From the NCBI GenBank assembly GCA_017882045.1, contig JADGQF010000001.1, forward strand, positions 16,288 to 80,287: a DNA stretch of 64,000 bases. Reading direction: 5' to 3'. The notes beneath the pieces were generated by a model. The model saw nothing but the letters and a program-made list of their open reading frames with translations. It searched no databases and had not been told where the DNA came from. Below, piece after piece: positions 8,602-19,947 of the stretch; position 1 is the stretch's first letter, and each line of letters begins with the position of its first letter. Source of the DNA: Anaerolineales bacterium (lineage in GTDB: Bacteria; Chloroflexota; Anaerolineae; CG2-30-64-16). Made by a program: the position numbers and the translations under genes.

Positions 8602-10008
8602 ATGAGTGAGCAATCTCGCCCGCTGATCCCCCAGGCGTTTCTCGCACGCATGGAGCGCTGGCTGGGCGACGAGTACCCGGCTTTTCTCGCGAGTTACGAC
8701 CAACCGGCCACGAACGGACTGCGCGCCAACACCCTCAAGATTGCCCCCGAAGCGCTCCGGGAACGCCTGCCCTTCGCGTTGGAGACGCTGACCTGGCCTC
8801 CGGCAGCCTTCCGCGTATCCGAGGAGGAGCAGCCTGGGCGGCACCCCTATCACGCTGCCGGGCTATACTACCTCCAGGATCCTTCGGCCATGAGCGTAGC
8901 CGCGTTGCTGGCGCCTCAGCCGGGCGAACGGGTGCTCGACCTGGCAGCCGCTCCGGGCGGCAAGGCCACCCACCTCGCATCGTTGCTGGCGAACCAGGGG
9001 CTGCTGGTGGCCAATGAGATCCACCCGCGCCGGGTCTGGGACCTGGCCGAGAACCTCGAACGCTGGGGGGCGCGCAACGCGGCCATCACCGCCGAGACTC
9101 CCGAGCGCCTGGCCGAGCGTTTTCCGGACTTCTTTGACCGGGTGCTGCTTGACGCCCCCTGCAGCGGCGAGGGCATGTTTCGCAAGAGCGATGCGGCACG
9201 GCGCGAATGGGCCGCAGAACTGGTGCTGGGCTGCGCCAACCGTCAGACGGGTATTCTGGACGCGGCCGCGCGCATGCTGCGCCCAGGGGGCCTGCTGGCC
9301 TACTCCACCTGCACCTTTGCAGCCGAAGAGGATGAGGGCACGGTGGCTCGCTTCCTGGAAACTCATGCGGATTTCGAGCCGGTCGAACCGGCCAGGCAAG
9401 CGGGCTTCGCACCCGGACGCCCTGAGTGGCTGGGGAACGAGAAAGTTGGCGAGGCGGCCCGCGACGGCCTGGGGCGGGCGGTGCGCCTGTGGCCGCACAC
9501 CGGCCCGGGCGAGGGCCATTTCATTGCCTTGCTGCGCCGCTGCGAGCGGGAGGCGCACGAGGATCTACCAGGGTGGCGCTTGCCGAAGCTGCCCGTCGAA
9601 GCCACCCGCTTTTACGAGACCTTTTGCCGGGAGCATTTGCAGCGCGCGCCGGCCACAGAACGCCTGGCGCTGGCCGGCTCGTACCTGTACCAGGTTCCCG
9701 CCGGTCTGCCCGATCTCAGCGGTCTGCGTTTTATCCATCCCGGCTGGTGGCTCGGAACGCTGAAGAAGGGACGCTTCGAGCCCAGCCAGGGGCTGGCAAT
9801 GGGCTTGAGCCCGGCCGATGTGAGGCGGGTCGCCAACCTGGACTCCGCCGCTCCCCAGGTGCTGACCTATTTGCGCGGGGAGAGCCTCCCCAACGCCGGC
9901 GCGGACGGTTGGGTCCTGGTGACCGTGGATGGCTTTCCTCTGGGCTGGGGCAAGCGGGTGCAAGGGACATTGAAGAGCCACTATCCACGCGGGCTGAGAA
10001 GAGTGTGA
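8602..10008 (+). CDS. RsmB/RsmF (NOL1/NOP2/Sun) family rRNA cytosine-C5 methyltransferase
   Basis: Motifs are YYLQDPSAMSVAALL, LDLAAAPGGKATHLA, DAPCSGEGMFRK and YSTCTF. Confidence 0.85.
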   Translation: MSEQSRPLIPQAFLARMERWLGDEYPAFLASYDQPATNGLRANTLKIAPEALRERLPFALETLTWPPAAFRVSEEEQPGRHPYHAAGLYYLQDPSAMSVAALLAPQPGERVLDLAAAPGGKATHLASLLANQGLLVANEIHPRRVWDLAENLERWGARNAAITAETPERLAERFPDFFDRVLLDAPCSGEGMFRKSDAARREWAAELVLGCANRQTGILDAAARMLRPGGLLAYSTCTFAAEEDEGTVARFLETHADFEPVEPARQAGFAPGRPEWLGNEKVGEAARDGLGRAVRLWPHTGPGEGHFIALLRRCEREAHEDLPGWRLPKLPVEATRFYETFCREHLQRAPATERLALAGSYLYQVPAGLPDLSGLRFIHPGWWLGTLKKGRFEPSQGLAMGLSPADVRRVANLDSAAPQVLTYLRGESLPNAGADGWVLVTVDGFPLGWGKRVQGTLKSHYPRGLRRV

Positions 10009-10823
10009 TGATGTCTTCTTTTGATGACGTGCTGGTGTTGATCAAGGGCGCCGGCGACCTGGCCAGCGGGGTTGCGGCGCGTCTTTATCGCAGCGGCTTT
10101 CCGGTCGCAATGACCGAACTGGCGCAGCCGTTGATGGTCAGGCGCACGGTCGCCTTCGGCGAGGCAGTCTACGAGGGGGAATTTGCCGTCGAGGGAATTG
10201 TGGCCCGCCGGGTTAGCTCGCCGGACGAGGCGCGCCGCGCGCTTGCCGAGGGTAAGATTCCGGTGGCGGTGGACCCCGAGGCCAGCCTGCGCCTGGCATT
10301 GAAACCGGCCGTGGTGGTGGATGCCATCATGGCGAAACGCAACACGGGAACGCGGCCCGCGGACGCGCCGTTAGTGGTGGGGCTTGGTCCCGGCTTTAGA
10401 GCCGGGCAGGACTGTCACGCAGTGGTGGAGACAAACCGCGGACACTGGCTGGGCCGGGTGATCTGGGATGGGGAGGCGGAGCCAGACACCGGCATCCCCG
10501 GTGAAGTGGCCGGGCAACGCGGTAGGCGCATGTTGCACGCCCCTGCCGATGGCATCCTTGAAGCCCACGCGGCCATCGGAGACATGGTCAAGGCCGATCA
10601 GGTGCTGGCGACAGTCTCCGGAACGGAAGTGCGGGCCGGGCTTGACGGCGTTCTGCGCGGGCTGATCCACAGCGGGCTGGTCGTCTCAGCCGGGCTTAAG
10701 ATCGGCGACGTTGACCCGCGCGCCGAGCGCGCCCATTGCTTCAGCATCTCGGATAAGTCGCTGGCCGTGGGTGGCGGGGTACTCGAGGCCATCCTGGCCG
10801 GGAAACCGCCGGCTGCGGGTTGA
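10008..10823 (+). CDS. yqeB: Selenium-dependent molybdenum hydroxylase accessory protein, YqeB (EF2563) family
   Basis: ATG at 10008 overlaps the rsm stop (GTGATGATG). The N-terminus MMSSFDDVLVLIKGAGDLASGVAARLYRSGFPVAMTELAQPLMVRRTVAFGEAVYEG matches my memory of short YqeB-family proteins. The long track ORF from 9426 is an out-of-context extension over the rsm gene. Confidence 0.78.
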   Translation: MMSSFDDVLVLIKGAGDLASGVAARLYRSGFPVAMTELAQPLMVRRTVAFGEAVYEGEFAVEGIVARRVSSPDEARRALAEGKIPVAVDPEASLRLALKPAVVVDAIMAKRNTGTRPADAPLVVGLGPGFRAGQDCHAVVETNRGHWLGRVIWDGEAEPDTGIPGEVAGQRGRRMLHAPADGILEAHAAIGDMVKADQVLATVSGTEVRAGLDGVLRGLIHSGLVVSAGLKIGDVDPRAERAHCFSISDKSLAVGGGVLEAILAGKPPAAG

Positions 10824-10854
10824 GCCGCCTGTGCCTCTAAAAGGGGAGCTGCAA

Positions 10855-12303
10855 GTGCTCATCTCTCAAGCCCTACGAATACAGACCCAAGACATCGTCA
10901 CCATCGTCGGTGGCGGCGGCAAGACGACGCTCATGTTCCGATTGGCCGAGGAGTTGGCCGGTTCCGGGCGGCACGTGGTCACTACTATGACCACGCGTAT
11001 TTTTGCCAGCCAGATGCAGCGGGCGCCGGCCTTCCTGGTCCTGCACGATGAGCAGACCCTGCTGGCCCAGTTGCCGCAGGCGTTGGACACATATGGCCAC
11101 GTACTGGTCGCGGGGAACATTCAGGTTGAGATAGACAAAGTAGCCGGCATCCCGTCGGCCCTGGCCGAGCGCATCGCGGCCCTGCCTGGGGTGGACGCTT
11201 TGATTATCGAAGCGGATGGCTCACGGCGTCTGCCGTTCAAGGCCCCGGCCGCGCACGAACCGGTCGTCCCGCCGAGCACGACCATCCTGATACCCGTCGT
11301 GGGCATCGACGTGTTGGGACAGGCGCTGGACGCGGGACACGTCCACCGGCCGCAGATCGTCGCCGAACTTGCCGGCGCGACCTTGGGCCAACCGGTGACC
11401 CCGGAGATAGTCGCGGCGGTGATCGCCCATCCGGCAGGCGGCGCCAAGGATCTGCCCCCGGGCGCGCGGCTGGTGCCTTTCCTGAACAAGGTGGAAAGCG
11501 AAGAGACACTGAACGCGGCACGCACGCTCGCACGCCTCCTGCTCGCCTACGAGCCGGTCGACAGCGTGATCATCGGCGCCGCAGAGGCCGCAGATCCGGT
11601 GAGCGAGGTCTGGAGCCGTATCGGGGCGGTGGTCCTGGCGGCCGGAGGGGCCAGCCGGTACGGAGAGCTGAAACAACTATTGCCGTGGGGCGATGTGCCG
11701 TTGGTGGCGCACGTAACCCGGCAGGCGCTGGCCTGCCCAGACGTGACGCGCGTGGCAGTGACCCTGGGCGCCGGAGCCGACGGGGTGCACGCGGCGCTGA
11801 CCGGCGCGGCGCTGACCGGCGCGGACGTGTTACAGGCGCCGGTCCCGGATTGGGAAGCCGGCCAGAGTCGCAGCGTCCGCGCCGGGCTAGACGCCCTGCG
11901 GCGCGACAGTGCGCCGCTCGGTGGCGTCCTATTCCTCCTGGCCGATCAGCCGGGCGTCTCAACCGCCTTGCTGGCTGCCCTGATCCGCCGCCATCGGGAG
12001 ACGCTCGCCCCCATCGTCGCGCCCCGCTACCAGGGGCAGCGCGGCAACCCCGTGCTTTTCGACCGCGCCACTTTCGCGGAGTTTGCGCGACTGGAAGGCG
12101 ACATCGGCGCCCGGCCCATCCTGCAGGCGTACGCCGGGCAAATCGCCTGGCTGGACTGGCCAACAGCAGAGATCATCGAAGACATCGACACGCCCGCCGA
12201 TTATGCCCACCACTCGGCCGGCCGCGCTGCCCGGCCAGGCCACCCCGCAGGCGCCGATCAGGAGCACGGGCTGAGCGACAGGAGCGAGGAGAGGGATGGC
12301 TGA
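10855..12303 (+). CDS. Fusion of YqeC-family selenium-dependent hydroxylase accessory protein with MocA/MobA-like molybdenum cofactor nucleotidyltransferase
   Basis: GTG at 10855 lies 6 nt after AAGGGGAG. The N-terminal half has IVTIVGGGGKTTLMFRLAEEL...VVTTMTTRIF (YqeC P-loop signature). The C-terminal half has GAVVLAAGGASRYGELKQLLPW, LLADQP and RGNPVLF (NTP_transf_3 / MocA signature). Confidence 0.8.
   Translation: MLISQALRIQTQDIVTIVGGGGKTTLMFRLAEELAGSGRHVVTTMTTRIFASQMQRAPAFLVLHDEQTLLAQLPQALDTYGHVLVAGNIQVEIDKVAGIPSALAERIAALPGVDALIIEADGSRRLPFKAPAAHEPVVPPSTTILIPVVGIDVLGQALDAGHVHRPQIVAELAGATLGQPVTPEIVAAVIAHPAGGAKDLPPGARLVPFLNKVESEETLNAARTLARLLLAYEPVDSVIIGAAEAADPVSEVWSRIGAVVLAAGGASRYGELKQLLPWGDVPLVAHVTRQALACPDVTRVAVTLGAGADGVHAALTGAALTGADVLQAPVPDWEAGQSRSVRAGLDALRRDSAPLGGVLFLLADQPGVSTALLAALIRRHRETLAPIVAPRYQGQRGNPVLFDRATFAEFARLEGDIGARPILQAYAGQIAWLDWPTAEIIEDIDTPADYAHHSAGRAARPGHPAGADQEHGLSDRSEERDG
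11791..11820 (+). repeat. Perfect in-frame 15-nt tandem duplication (GCGGCGCTGACCGGC x2) inside the MocA-like domain
   Basis: Read directly from the sequence. It encodes AALTG-AALTG. Confidence 0.85.
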
Positions 12304-13057
12304 CGCCGACCCGGAGGTGAGCTTCGCCGCGGTCTACGATGTGGTTCACGAAAGCGCGCCCGATTTTCTGCGCGCCCAACTGGCCTTCCTGCAGGACCGG
12401 CTGGGCCCGCGCCGCGCACTGTTGGATGCGGGGTGCGGAACGGGGAGACACCTTCTGGCCCTCTCCCGAGCCGGCTATACGGTAACGGGTCTGGATGCAA
12501 GCCGGGCCATGCTGGCTCTCGCACGCGCGAAGCTTGCCGGGCAGAGTCTGCCTGCCCACCTGGTACGCGGGCTACTTCAATCGCTGCCCTTCAGTCCAGG
12601 TTCGTTTGACGGCGCGTTGTGCCTGGAGTCGCCGCTGGCGTATTTGTTTAGCGAGGAGGAGTTGGCGCGCGCCCTGGCCGGATTGCGCCGCGTTCTTCGC
12701 CCCGGCGGCCTCCTGCTGATCGACGTGTTCGACTACCCGGGAACGTTCGGCAAGGGTGGCACAAGGCCGCAAAAGACGCATTTTGACGCCCCGTGGGGCC
12801 GGTTAGAGGTTACGGAAACCCATCGCCACCGGCCCGGTACGGGCGCCTGGTGCATGACCCAAACCTTTGCCGCCCGGCGGGCAGATGAAGTCGAGCGCTT
12901 CAGCGTCGAACACCGGTTGCGGGTTCGTTCAGCAAATGACTATGCCGCCGCGTTGGAGCGCGCCGGCTTCATCATCCGGGAGCTATTGCCTGCCTATCCC
13001 GGCTCGCCGTCGGAGCTACGTTCAGAGGCGCGCATGATCTTCTTGGCCTCGGGCTGA
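12296..13057 (+). CDS. Class I SAM-dependent methyltransferase
   Basis: Motif I is LLDAGCGTGRHLLAL, followed by VTGLDAS. The start overlaps the yqeC-mocA stop by 8 nt. Confidence 0.8.
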   Translation: MADADPEVSFAAVYDVVHESAPDFLRAQLAFLQDRLGPRRALLDAGCGTGRHLLALSRAGYTVTGLDASRAMLALARAKLAGQSLPAHLVRGLLQSLPFSPGSFDGALCLESPLAYLFSEEELARALAGLRRVLRPGGLLLIDVFDYPGTFGKGGTRPQKTHFDAPWGRLEVTETHRHRPGTGAWCMTQTFAARRADEVERFSVEHRLRVRSANDYAAALERAGFIIRELLPAYPGSPSELRSEARMIFLASG

Positions 13058-13776
13058 GGCCGTAAGGCTACGAGCGCGATGAGGATGGCCGCCAGTCCCA
13101 ATAGCTGGAGCGTGCGCAGACCCGCCACAAGCGTCGCGCTGGATTCCCGGAAGGGCTCGATCAACCACAGGCTGACGCCATAGCCGAGCAGCGCCGACCA
13201 GGCGGCCCGACCGGGGCGACGCTGGCGCCGCTGGCGGCGCAGAACGAGCAGGACCACCCCAAAGGCCGCCAAAAGCGCGACGATCTGGTAAAGCTGGACG
13301 GGATGCCGGCGCACGCCCCATTCGGCAATCGCCCAGGGCAATCCCGCCGGCGCGCCCGGTTCCAGCCCGGCCAACCACGCCCCGAGCTGTGCGATCGCCA
13401 TCCCCAGCAGGCCACCCGGCGCCGCCGCATCCAGCACCGTGGCGAGGGGCAACCGATGCCGGTACACATAGTACCCGCTGACTGCCAACCCGGCGAGCGC
13501 CCCCGGCCAGGGTAAGAACGCGCGTGCATTCAGTCCGATGATCGACAATGGCTCGAGCCGGTACGCCGGCCAGAAGGCAATCAGGTGCGCCAGGCGCCCG
13601 ACTACGAGTCCGGCTGCCAGCCCGCTCAGACCCGCGTTGTAGATGTGATCCCCTTCGATTCCCAGCCTCGTCGCAAGGCGTGCCCCGGTCGCCAGGGCCG
13701 CCCAACCGGCCAGCAGCAGCGCCAGGGGATAGGTCTGCACGGCCAGGGGACCAATCTGCAGGACGGGAAGCATCAT
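12994..13776 (-). CDS. lgt: Prolipoprotein diacylglyceryl transferase
   Basis: Multi-pass membrane protein with RRHPVQLYQIVALL and the overall Lgt pattern. Its 3' end overlaps the convergent methyltransferase by 64 nt. Confidence 0.88.
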   Translation of the reverse strand: MMLPVLQIGPLAVQTYPLALLLAGWAALATGARLATRLGIEGDHIYNAGLSGLAAGLVVGRLAHLIAFWPAYRLEPLSIIGLNARAFLPWPGALAGLAVSGYYVYRHRLPLATVLDAAAPGGLLGMAIAQLGAWLAGLEPGAPAGLPWAIAEWGVRRHPVQLYQIVALLAAFGVVLLVLRRQRRQRRPGRAAWSALLGYGVSLWLIEPFRESSATLVAGLRTLQLLGLAAILIALVALRPQPEAKKIMRASERSSDGEPG

Positions 13777-14309
13777 GGGTAGATCGTCCCGAGCATCTGG
13801 GCCAGCAAAGGGCCGCTCAATGGACCGACATAGATCTGCCGGATGATGCCCTCGCGATCGATAAAGAAGGTGGTGGGCAGCGCGTGGACGCCGTAGGCAA
13901 GGCTGACCCGGCCGCTCTCGTCCAGCGGCGACGGGTAGGTCAACCCCTGCTGCGCAGTGTAGGCCTGCACCATCGCGGCCGGCTCGCCCTGGTCGACCGC
14001 GATCACCGCCACCTGCCCGGCATAGCGCCGGCTTGCGCTCTGCAAGTCCGGCGCCTCGCTACGGCACGGCGGGCACCAGGTAGCCCAGAAATTGAGCACG
14101 ACCGGTTGGCCACGTAAGGCGCCCAGACTGAAACTGTCTCCCGCCGGGCTATGCAGCGCGAACTCGGGCGCCGGGTGGCCGACCGCGGGCGCCGGGGATA
14201 AGTCCGCCCCGGAAGCGATCACAGATGGCGGCACGCGGCCTGCCCACGTCCAGGCCACCCCGAGCAGCAAGGCTATGCCGATCAGCAGGTTCCAGAGACC
14301 ACGCTTCAC
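13773..14309 (-). CDS. TlpA/ResA-like membrane-anchored thiol:disulfide oxidoreductase
   Basis: An N-terminal signal anchor is followed by VVLNFWATWCPPCRSEAPDL. The stop overlaps the lgt start. Confidence 0.85.
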   Translation of the reverse strand: MKRGLWNLLIGIALLLGVAWTWAGRVPPSVIASGADLSPAPAVGHPAPEFALHSPAGDSFSLGALRGQPVVLNFWATWCPPCRSEAPDLQSASRRYAGQVAVIAVDQGEPAAMVQAYTAQQGLTYPSPLDESGRVSLAYGVHALPTTFFIDREGIIRQIYVGPLSGPLLAQMLGTIYP

Positions 14310-15037
14310 GATTGTTCCCGAGAGACGATCCGCGTGCGCGTGGCAGCAGCCGGGAGAGGGGCGCGGCTGGCTTCCAGGAAACCGGCGAAGAGCAAGACGA
14401 CGCCTAACAACTCACTCAGGTAGAGGATAAAGTGCAACTGGGCCAGCCTCTGCAAGATCCCGCCGATGGCCGGGGACAGCGCTCCAAGCGCGATCAGGAT
14501 ATTGCCGATCACCCGGTTGCGCAAGATGTGCTTGCGGATGAAGAGCCACGAGGAGTAAATCGCACCGCCGACCAATAGGATGACACCCAGGGAATTGAAG
14601 AAGGGGGTGATGAGGCGCACGCTCTTAACGGTGATGGCGCTTCCGCTCAGCTCCCCGGCGATCATCTGCGTCGGGTCAAGGGGAACGCTGAATACCCGGT
14701 AGGCAGCATAGACGGAACCGATCAAGAGCAGGGCCATCAGCGCGTGCGCTACCCAGCGGGTCTTGCCGTGCATCAGCAGATAGGCGGTGCCCATGCCGAG
14801 GTAGGCCGCCACAAGCACCGCGCCGAACAGGTACCACAGCCGGAATACCCAGGGCTGCCAGCCGGCCAGGCCGTACAGCAACTCCATCGCGGTGCCGACG
14901 GCAAACATCAGCAGACCGATGCCCCACAGCAGCGAGTTGAGATGGCGTCTCTGTGCCCAGCGGGCTAATACCAGCGCGGCGAACACGACGCTGACCACAG
15001 TCGTCACAGCCGGGACCACGATATTCCACAAGCCCAT
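14306..15037 (-). CDS. Polytopic membrane protein of unknown function
   Basis: About 7 hydrophobic segments and no motif I recognise. It is translationally coupled to the tlpA-like gene (4-nt overlap). Confidence 0.6.
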   Translation of the reverse strand: MGLWNIVVPAVTTVVSVVFAALVLARWAQRRHLNSLLWGIGLLMFAVGTAMELLYGLAGWQPWVFRLWYLFGAVLVAAYLGMGTAYLLMHGKTRWVAHALMALLLIGSVYAAYRVFSVPLDPTQMIAGELSGSAITVKSVRLITPFFNSLGVILLVGGAIYSSWLFIRKHILRNRVIGNILIALGALSPAIGGILQRLAQLHFILYLSELLGVVLLFAGFLEASRAPLPAAATRTRIVSREQS

Positions 15038-15102
15038 CGACGTACCCCCTTAACCAGCGAATCGCTTTATAGATGTTGTCTGGCAGCCACAGGATACACT
15101 TA

Positions 15103-18117
<3,015 letters not shown>

Positions 18118-18119
18118 GC

Positions 18120-18980
18120 TCACCTGTAGACCGCGGCGGCCAGGTAGCCCACAGTATAGCTGCCCGGGTTCCTGTCGCCGGTAACATCCCCGGACGCTGC
18201 ATAGGCCAGCACCTGTGCGCCGCGCGCCCCGGCTTTCCGGGCCGCCTCGAGGACGGCCACCAGGCCGGTCGCACCGCAAGCCTGCACCTGTTCGGTCCGC
18301 AAAGCAGCCGTTAGCCCGTCTACGTCAAAGGCAGCAACCAGGTCGGCCAGGCGGCGATCGGTGCGCACGACGGCCTGATAGTCGTTCAGGTGGCTAAGAT
18401 CCGTGCTGGCAACAAACAAAGTCTGCTCATCGCTCAACGCTGCCAGCCCATCCGCCAGCGCATGCACTCGGGTCAGGGCGCCAGGTTCGGCGATATGTTC
18501 GCCAAGCATGATGGGAACCAGGCTGAAGCTGCCCAGCGCTACCTGCAAAAAGGGCAATTCGATCTCCAAGGCATGCTCTTTGTCACCCTGCACTGGCGTG
18601 AGGGGGACGCTACCGGCCAGCCGGGCGATGAACTCACGGTCCACCGGCAGGGTTCCCAGGGGAGTGCGGTAGGCCGTTTCGGTCGGAACCATGAACGGAC
18701 CCAGCCGGCTGCCCCAGATCGGCCGGTGCAAAGGGCCGAGCAGCACCACGCGCCGGTAGTCTGCCCCACGCACCTGGACAAAAGCGCGCGCCGCCGTCGG
18801 GCCGGAGAAAGTGTAACCCGCATGTGGGCTGACCAGGGCAATCACTCGACCGGGCAACGTCAGCGGCTCGACCTGAGCCATATAATCTTCCACCGCACGC
18901 CGCAGCGCCGGCTCGCTGCCGGGATACCAAGCTCCTGCCACCGCCGGCGGCCGGACCACCACATCTCGCGTTGCTGGCAT
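18120..18980 (-). CDS. MEMO1 family protein (AmmeMemoRadiSam system protein B-like)
   Basis: ATG at 18980 has GGAGGTG upstream. Motifs are PPAVAGAWYPG and VSPHAGYTFSGPTAA. Confidence 0.82.
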   Translation of the reverse strand: MPATRDVVVRPPAVAGAWYPGSEPALRRAVEDYMAQVEPLTLPGRVIALVSPHAGYTFSGPTAARAFVQVRGADYRRVVLLGPLHRPIWGSRLGPFMVPTETAYRTPLGTLPVDREFIARLAGSVPLTPVQGDKEHALEIELPFLQVALGSFSLVPIMLGEHIAEPGALTRVHALADGLAALSDEQTLFVASTDLSHLNDYQAVVRTDRRLADLVAAFDVDGLTAALRTEQVQACGATGLVAVLEAARKAGARGAQVLAYAASGDVTGDRNPGSYTVGYLAAAVYR

Positions 18981-19044
18981 TGCACACCTCCGCAACCGGC
19001 CCATGTTCAATCAAACGCGTTCAACGTTCCAGGTCTATTATACT

Positions 19045-19947
19045 CTAATGGCTTAAAGCGTGAAGGGGAGAATTCTGGCGCAACTCGGCCACAAGCTCCG
19101 TGGCCGGCGAGGGCCGAGGGGACAGGGAGGTAGCGGTGGCCCAACGCTGGTCGCCCAACCGGACGCCGGCGAGCAAAAGGACAAGGCCGATCAGAGGCGC
19201 AATGAACCGCCACGAGGCGGGGTTGCCATCGACCAAACGGGGCGCCGGCATCAACCCTTCCCAGCGCACGCTGTAATGCGGCGCCAGGCCGAGGCCCAAC
19301 AACAGCCCACTGATCAGACCACCCATGTGGGCGATATTATTGATGCCCGCGACGGTGAAGCCAAACACCAGGTTGATCCCGACCAGTATGAACAAAGTGC
19401 GCAGCCGCTGCTGGCTCAAGCCGCCGAGAAGGCGCCGGTTCAGGTAGAAGAAGGCAATTTCGGCCCCCACCAACCCGAAGATTGCCCCAGATGCACCGGC
19501 TGAGGGAACGAACGGCCCACCCAAACAATAGAAAGCCACGTTGCCGAACAGGCCGGTGAGGAAATAGATGATGGCAAAGCGAGGGGATCCATACAGGGCC
19601 TCAACCTCACGTCCGAGACTGAAAAGCGCCCAGCCGTTGAACACGAGATGCATGATGCCAAAGTGCAAGAAAAGCGCCGCGAAAAACCGCCAGTATTGCC
19701 CCTGAGCCACGTAGGCGTTGACCTGCGCGCCGAGATTCACTGCGGCCATAATATTAGTATTGATCGGGTCAAACCCGCTCGCAATCGTTTCGAGAATGAA
19801 GACCAGCACAATCGCGCCCAGGAGGATGTTGGTAACGATCGGGCGCGCGAGTGGCAAGCGGGCGCCCTGGCTGACAGGGGATTCGGGAACGGGACTGGAG
19901 GTCGGCTGCTCGTTCACAGCTGCACGGGTTCCCAGTCCACGCGGCAT
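19045..19947 (-). CDS. Rhomboid family intramembrane serine protease
   Basis: Motifs are HLVFNGWALFSLG and GASGAIFGL. An alternative GTG start at 19917 overlaps the gmk stop (GTGA). Confidence 0.85.
   Translation of the reverse strand: MPRGLGTRAAVNEQPTSSPVPESPVSQGARLPLARPIVTNILLGAIVLVFILETIASGFDPINTNIMAAVNLGAQVNAYVAQGQYWRFFAALFLHFGIMHLVFNGWALFSLGREVEALYGSPRFAIIYFLTGLFGNVAFYCLGGPFVPSAGASGAIFGLVGAEIAFFYLNRRLLGGLSQQRLRTLFILVGINLVFGFTVAGINNIAHMGGLISGLLLGLGLAPHYSVRWEGLMPAPRLVDGNPASWRFIAPLIGLVLLLAGVRLGDQRWATATSLSPRPSPATELVAELRQNSPLHALSH

Noticed and set aside
9426-10007. N-terminal 194-codon extension of the yqeB ORF
   Set aside because: It lies entirely inside the rsm methyltransferase gene in another frame and is Arg/Gly/Pro-rich. 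The YqeB-family similarity begins at the ATG at 10008.
18118-18279. 54-codon N-terminal extension of priA
   Set aside because: It overlaps the MEMO-like gene. The conserved PriA N-terminus (MLYADVCVNTPLG) starts at 18117.
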